A DNA stretch of 64,000 bases, from positions 1,133,976-1,197,975 of the forward strand of contig NW_019091359.1 in the NCBI RefSeq assembly GCF_001949145.1, in the 5' to 3' direction. Below are positions 58,205-64,000 of this stretch, one piece after another. Below the pieces are notes generated by a model, which did not search any database, was not told the DNA's origin, and worked only from the letters and a program-made list of their open reading frames with translations. Position 1 is the first letter of the stretch. Each line of letters opens with the position of its first letter. This stretch comes from Acanthaster planci (Eukaryota). The position numbers were made by a program, and so were the translations under genes.

Positions 58205-61200
58205 AACCTTCGCAAAAACCATGAAATTTACCGCTAAAAGTAACCCCACACATCTAGAAGCGTATTGGTTTGACAAATTTTTCTCCTGCACGTAGCCAGT
58301 TCCTTGTTAACATCAACATTCACCCACCCAGAGCAAAAAAATTCCGTCATCCCAGTTATAAAAGCGTGTGATTCTGAAGTTGATAATTTGTTGTCTGGGA
58401 GAGAAAAACCTTAAATAAGAGGGTCGTGATATTTGCTTGAAAATACAAGGATGTATTTGCTACTTTCTCATTCCTTTGAAATGTATGAAACTTGCCTACT
58501 AGGCATTCCTTTTTGGTTGATTTGTCTGAAAAGTGCATTTTTGTAAACATTTTAAACTTCCCACTTTTTCCCGACAAAATAATCAAGATGCTATCGCTGT
58601 GACGTCATTTCCAAAAGACAATGTTCATTTTGAAGGTTGAGCGCGAAACTAACATTAAAGGAAAGGTCATGAACTCAAATAAAAGGCGAAGAAAAGAAAC
58701 ATAAATGCATCGTATGAGCCCTTTAAAATTCAACAGCCTGTGAAAAAGTTAATTTTGAAACTTTCAAGATATGTTGAAACCTTAGATTTCTTTTTCAGAA
58801 TCTAAAGTGGCTACGTTGCGATTAATGACTGATTGAGGCAGACAAAACAAGGATGGGGTGATTCAGTTAACAATTCTGGGGTTTCTTGTTTGCTGCATGC
58901 AGGGGCTAAATAGACCAAATATCTGCTTTCTATTTATAGTTTTGTCTGTTCAAACCTCTCTTTCTATGAAACCGAACCCTTACCAGTATTTTGGTCACAA
59001 TGTCGCTTAGCTTTTCATTGTGAATGATCAGAAATCCATCATTAAACGCAAAACAAATGTGCTTTGTGTCGTAAAGGAGAATAGTTAACATTTAACTCGG
59101 GAGAGCTGAAGTGTCAACTCGCTAGCATGGCATTGTGAAATTTATTCGTGATCTGAATGCGTCGTGGAAAATGGGTCACAGCACCTCAAATTCAAACTGA
59201 ATTTGTTTTATTAGAGCTGAAATATGCCCATGCATATTTCAATTACATCGTCAATATTGTAAAAGTTGAACTGAATATTGCGCTAAAGCATATATGAAAC
59301 AAAGGAGTTAGTACTGAATATTAAGAAACATATTTAAAAGTAGCTGCACTATGCTTGCCTAAAAATTAAAAGTATTCATTTTCGCTCGACGAAATATAGT
59401 TTCTATCGTTAATTTGATTAATACGATTATTCATTATTTCGAGTTTTGATTCTTTTTGAAAAAAGTCCTTGCACAGACTGCCATGAAATATCTGTATTCA
59501 ATTCGACCGGTTGATTTGTGCCAGTGATTCATTTATTATAAAATTCTTAATGCTTGGTGAAAGTAAGCCATGCAGAGAATTGGAATTCGATTCTATTTAA
59601 TTTACCCCACTGTATGTGTGATGCCAGCTTGTTGATCTTGGAATTATAGGCCTGTATTATTGTCTGATGCTATATTGCCAGTGAAAAAGAAAGACCCAAT
59701 TCAAATCGGAAATATTGCTTGATTAATATCACTTGTAATAAATGATAAACTGCCTACCGATCTGCGAATTTCTCTCTTACATTTCATTCGTCGTTTCTCG
59801 TTAATAATTCGATTAGAGATTTGGCACAGAGCTTACAAAGAATTTCCTTACAGTCAGAACGAAAGGTTTATCTGGACCAAGTAGAACAAAAACAGTTTTC
59901 TTCGAATTTCACAACTTCCGTCATTCCTACCAAATTTTCTTTTCATGAGGACAGACAAGATGGGTTTGTACTTAACGTACATGGTGTATGAGTCAAATAA
60001 AAACACCCATGATTCGTACTTACATTTACAATTTTATTTTACATACTCCCAGCTTAATATTTAGTGCCGCTTTCTGTATTTTGTGTCACGTCTCATAGTC
60101 GCAGTGGACCACTTTCTGAAGTGTTTTTGAACGACAATAAGGGGGTAAATGTAAATTTTCACAAAATGATTTTTCAGAAATATTAATATTTTGAAGTATT
60201 ATACATGTAAATGTCTTTGAATAGTTTCAATTGAATTACACACTGTAAACTTTGAGTTTAGGAACAATTTGTCTGACCTCGTAAAGAAAAAGTTGGCAAA
60301 ACCATTTAAAACAGCTAAAAATTCAGGAAACTGTTTTTACTAATTGCATGTCAACTTTTTGCCCCAACGGTATCTGGCGACAAATTTGGCGACAGTTTGA
60401 CGTTTCAGAGACAATGTTCCAGTCGAATATGATGGAGAGCTGATTGCTCTAGGTTTGCTAGATGCTTCAATTTTTGAATTTCTAGGTCAAGTTAGAAGAT
60501 CAACTAAATACACTTGAATGGCGCCCTCTTGTATAGTGACGTACCCGAATGCCAAAGGAGAATTTCGTCGTACGACGGTGCTCCATCGGAAATTTAAGTC
60601 CTTACTAACGGTACTGAACTGTGCAAACGACCGACATAAGTAATGCAGTAATTTTCCTAGAGAATCCAAATTCTAACTAACCCGGTAGCCTAGTTGGAGC
60701 TTGGACCCCCCACGACAAGATGGGATCTGTTCCCCCATCATTTTCTCTTATAAACGTTCCTCGATGATAGCCTCGATGATGAAACCAGAGGAACCTTAGC
60801 ATAGGCCTAATTAGAGATTCATTTAGGATTAAAAATAGGGTGTAAGCGTCTCCGCTCGGGATAATTAGGGGAAATCACTCAGGCGTAGTCAGAAGCTGTG
60901 CCTTGCCATCCTTGTCACGCATGTGTCAAACTCCGCCGGGTTCCTTTGTGGTGATAATTCAGGGCAGAGTATTTAAAATTTAATTGAAATGAAATTAATT
61001 TCTGCGCTGCATTGAAGACTTTGGTCGGTTGATATCGTTGAACAGCGTGAACATGGAACTCGATAGTTAGATCATCGTGTGCACACGTCTCTCAAATCAA
61101 ACACTTCAACCATAAGGCTGTCGGCATTTAATTGTCTGACCACCCGTGCGGCTCCCATAGCGGCTCAGGATAGCTATTCCTGGAATAATCGCTGCGATCT

Positions 61201-62735
61201 TCCAGTTCTGAGCCATTTTCGGCGCTACGGCCTTGGAAGTCAGAAATAATTTGTAAAAATTGGGGGATTTCGGTGAGATTATCCTGTGGTTCGATGAAGT
61301 ACTCTGTCATGAAAAAAAAAATTGTTACGATATGCGATTTTGTATCTTAATGCCGTATAGCGGCACCCCGTAACAATATTCCTCGGATAATTGTCACGCA
61401 CCTGTAGTGTTTTCGAGGGTCAAAAGCGGAAAAATGCGAGTACATCGAGTGCCCTTTCCTTGTAAGCCGTGAATCCGAGCAGGGTGAAGGGGTGAACCAA
61501 TTGCAACCACTGGCAGCGCCCTTCGCTCCCGAAAAATAGTGAACCTTGAGGGCGCACCACTCTCTCTAGCCCCATGTGAAGACAGTGTAACATCAACAAA
61601 GTGAGACACCCCAGTCATGTCGGCCTATGCAAGCTGACATCACTGAGGTTTCTCACACAAAATTGAATTATTTTCTTGTCCTTCACCATTCTATTTTGTT
61701 GTAATGTTTTGTGGGTTAGCATTGACATTTTTGATACTAACACAAAACAAACTCACTTCCCCAAAAATGACAGTTCCCTGGCCTGCATGCAGCTGTTTTA
61801 CAACACTTTCTCAGGCAATTAGAACCCATTTTCACAACTTTCAGATGCAAGCTCGAAACTGGGTAGTCAATCCTGGCTTATACATAATCGGACTATTATT
61901 TTACCCAGCCAAACAGTCTCCTTTTTCAAAAATAGTTGTGAGTGTACTTTTTTATGCTAATTAGCTCGCGTAGAAATTCTCACGGTGTGGTGCGCCCTCG
62001 AGAATAGCCGGTATGGTTTTCTCATTCGCTCGGGTCGAAGGCCTGTGGGTGTTGATTTCCATGGCACTCACCCCAAAACTGTACGAACTCTGAGCGGTGG
62101 AATGGAGGACGTTTTGTTACCTCGCAACGCCGTTCGGTTGGGCCAAAAACCCACACGCATACTGATTAGCCTTCTCAAGTCTTTGCTCAGAAAGACTCGG
62201 CTATGGCAAACGATAACACATGCGCCTATTGAAGCCGCAGGCAAACAGCCGCAGCCACCTCCCGTATCACTTAATATGATATGATAATAATGATAATATG
62301 AGAATGGAAACCTGGTACATTGATTTTAATAAGAATAAAGGTATTTATTATTTATTACAATGATGTAAACATGTCCCTAGTTTCTGCAATTGCAATTAAT
62401 AATTTAGCATTGAAGCTTTTTGATAAAATTGTTTTAAAAAATTCGGATACTGGTTGAATTAAATGAATTGGACCTCTTTTAAAACACCATTCATTGCACA
62501 GTTAGTACAAATTGCTTAAAGTTTTGTGTCTACATTTAACGTTATTTAAATGATCACATAATTCCAATCATTACCACTGATTGAAACTTATTTGCCTGAA
62601 GTATAACTGATGTTGAATAAAGAGTTTAATTAATCTGGCAGTTTTAAATCTTACACTTGCCTTAGTTTTTGCCATTTATAGTCTTGGCGTCTTCGGTAGT
62701 ATATCCAGAGATAAAAACTACCTTCCCATAATGAG

Positions 62736-62982
62736 ATATGTGACTGGCTCTGAAAAAAATGGCCCTCGCGCTCTCGTGTGACAAACTGATTTTAAGTGAT
62801 GCCTATGGATAGAGAAGCATGTAATAAGGATTAAATTTATGCATTTTTGACCTCTGTCGCACATTCAATTTCCGAAATACAGTAAAATTTAGACTTGATC
62901 TCTGGCAGGTGTATGGAACGGTCTGTTACATAAAGAGGAAGAGCATGACTTAAGAGCCTTTTTTGCAGAGTGGATCACATAT
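62736..62982. mobile_element. TGTGA-terminated MITE-like element
   Basis: Imperfect inverted termini ATATGTGACTGGCTCTGAAAAAAATGGC ... GCCTTTTTTGCAGAGTGGATCACATAT, the same terminal style as 13506-13772. Confidence 0.45.
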
Positions 62983-63275
62983 AGTTTATGTTTTAATATT
63001 GAACTTGTGTGACCCGCTTTTCATGTTAGTCGTGTGTATATAATTATGTAAAGTCCAATCATCCAATCAATTATTCTCTCTTCACCATTGTTTTAAATTG
63101 GCGTGAAGAGGAACTTTGACGAATACAATGCAAATGCAGGGAGTTGAAATTTGATGAAACGTTTGGTTGCGCAGTGACAGCTACAGTTGGGCAGAACATC
63201 AAAAGCAGGGCTTAATGGATTTATTCCTGTTGGTTGGGACACTGAGTTACATGTAATTTTGGGAACTGAATCCTC

Positions 63276-63625
63276 TTAAGGCGGACACGCCCCCTCACTA
63301 GCCACAGTCAAGGTATCCAGACCGTTAGCGCAAGCGTATGCCTCCAGAACACAGGCCGATGGATATGTCTGTCCGTCGGTGCCACAGACAGGGGTAGTCG
63401 CGACGGGGCAGGCGGTAACACAGGTGGTGCTGGGCCCGTTGACCGTGGGAGATGCACTCGGGTTGGAGGAGGGAGTGGGTTCAGAGCTGAATGGACCGGG
63501 AGGTGGGTTGGTAGGCGGGTTGGTAGGCCCACTTGACACGCTGGGGTTGGTGACAGGACCATTCGTCATTGTCGTGCCGGCGCTCGGTGGTTGCTCGGTC
63601 GACGGTGAAGTGACCGGACCAAGAC
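63276..63625 (-). CDS. Terminal exon of a second Kazal-domain gene (Pro/Ser/Thr-rich linker plus Kazal); the rest of the gene lies further right
   Basis: Acceptor CAG|GT at 63625 (phase 1). Reads LGPVTSPSTEQPPSAGTTMTNGPVTNPS...CVTACPVATTPVCGTDGQTYPSACVLEAYACANGLDTLTVASEGACPP then TAA at 63276-63278. Confidence 0.9.
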
Positions 63626-64000
63626 CTGCGTGGAGAATAAACGTGCATGAAAATTTCTTAATTTCACTTCCTTAGAAATAAGTAAAGTTAAGCTTCGAAT
63701 TTATGTTAGCAGTCATTTTTCAGAGAAGTCATATTTCCTCTCGATTTGTCATGATGTGTTAACAGGCCTACATGGACAACAAAGAGACCAAAAATAGATT
63801 CGTGATACATGTCTTTTTGGGCTCAAAAATATCCTCGTGAGAAATTTATGCGTCTTCCTTTCTTGCCAGATCATAAAAACACAAGCAGTTCCAAATATTC
63901 TGCAGAAAGACATCACAAGTCATTTTACGTACAGGAACTGATGTGTGGAATATGGACAAAATGAGGCAAAGTTGCTGGCTGGAAGGGTAGTTCACTTTTG

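Noticed and set aside
57465..58295. 276-aa Thr/Met/Ile-rich overlapping ORF (+) and 134-aa antisense ORF
   Set aside because: Alternative-frame readings of the Tyr/Asp tail of the 725-aa gene, with no independent domain signal.

Overview
This is AT-rich animal genomic DNA with spliceosomal introns. Gene content and repeat types suggest an invertebrate deuterostome, perhaps an echinoderm (inference only). The left half holds 13 coding exons of a DCLRE1C/Artemis orthologue (- strand, 23993 to 3540; the last exon appears to lie off the left edge), including one GC-AG intron. An intronless LRR transmembrane receptor gene (- strand, ATG 1412, missed by the ORF track) lies downstream of the 13th exon, probably nested in the last Artemis intron. 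The right half holds three paralogous immunoglobulin-superfamily membrane proteins with uninterrupted ORFs: two 3-Ig receptors with very long Tyr/Asp-rich tails ending in SYV, and one 2-Ig short-tailed form head-to-head with one of them. These are interleaved with two Kazal-domain genes (a six-Kazal gene at about 41.5-46.5 kb and the terminal exon of another at 63.3-63.6 kb). Non-coding features include several MITEs with target-site duplications, a palindromic inverted dimer of tRNA-like sequences, a variant-repeat minisatellite and short tandem duplications. All calls come from manual reading and translation; no database searches were run.
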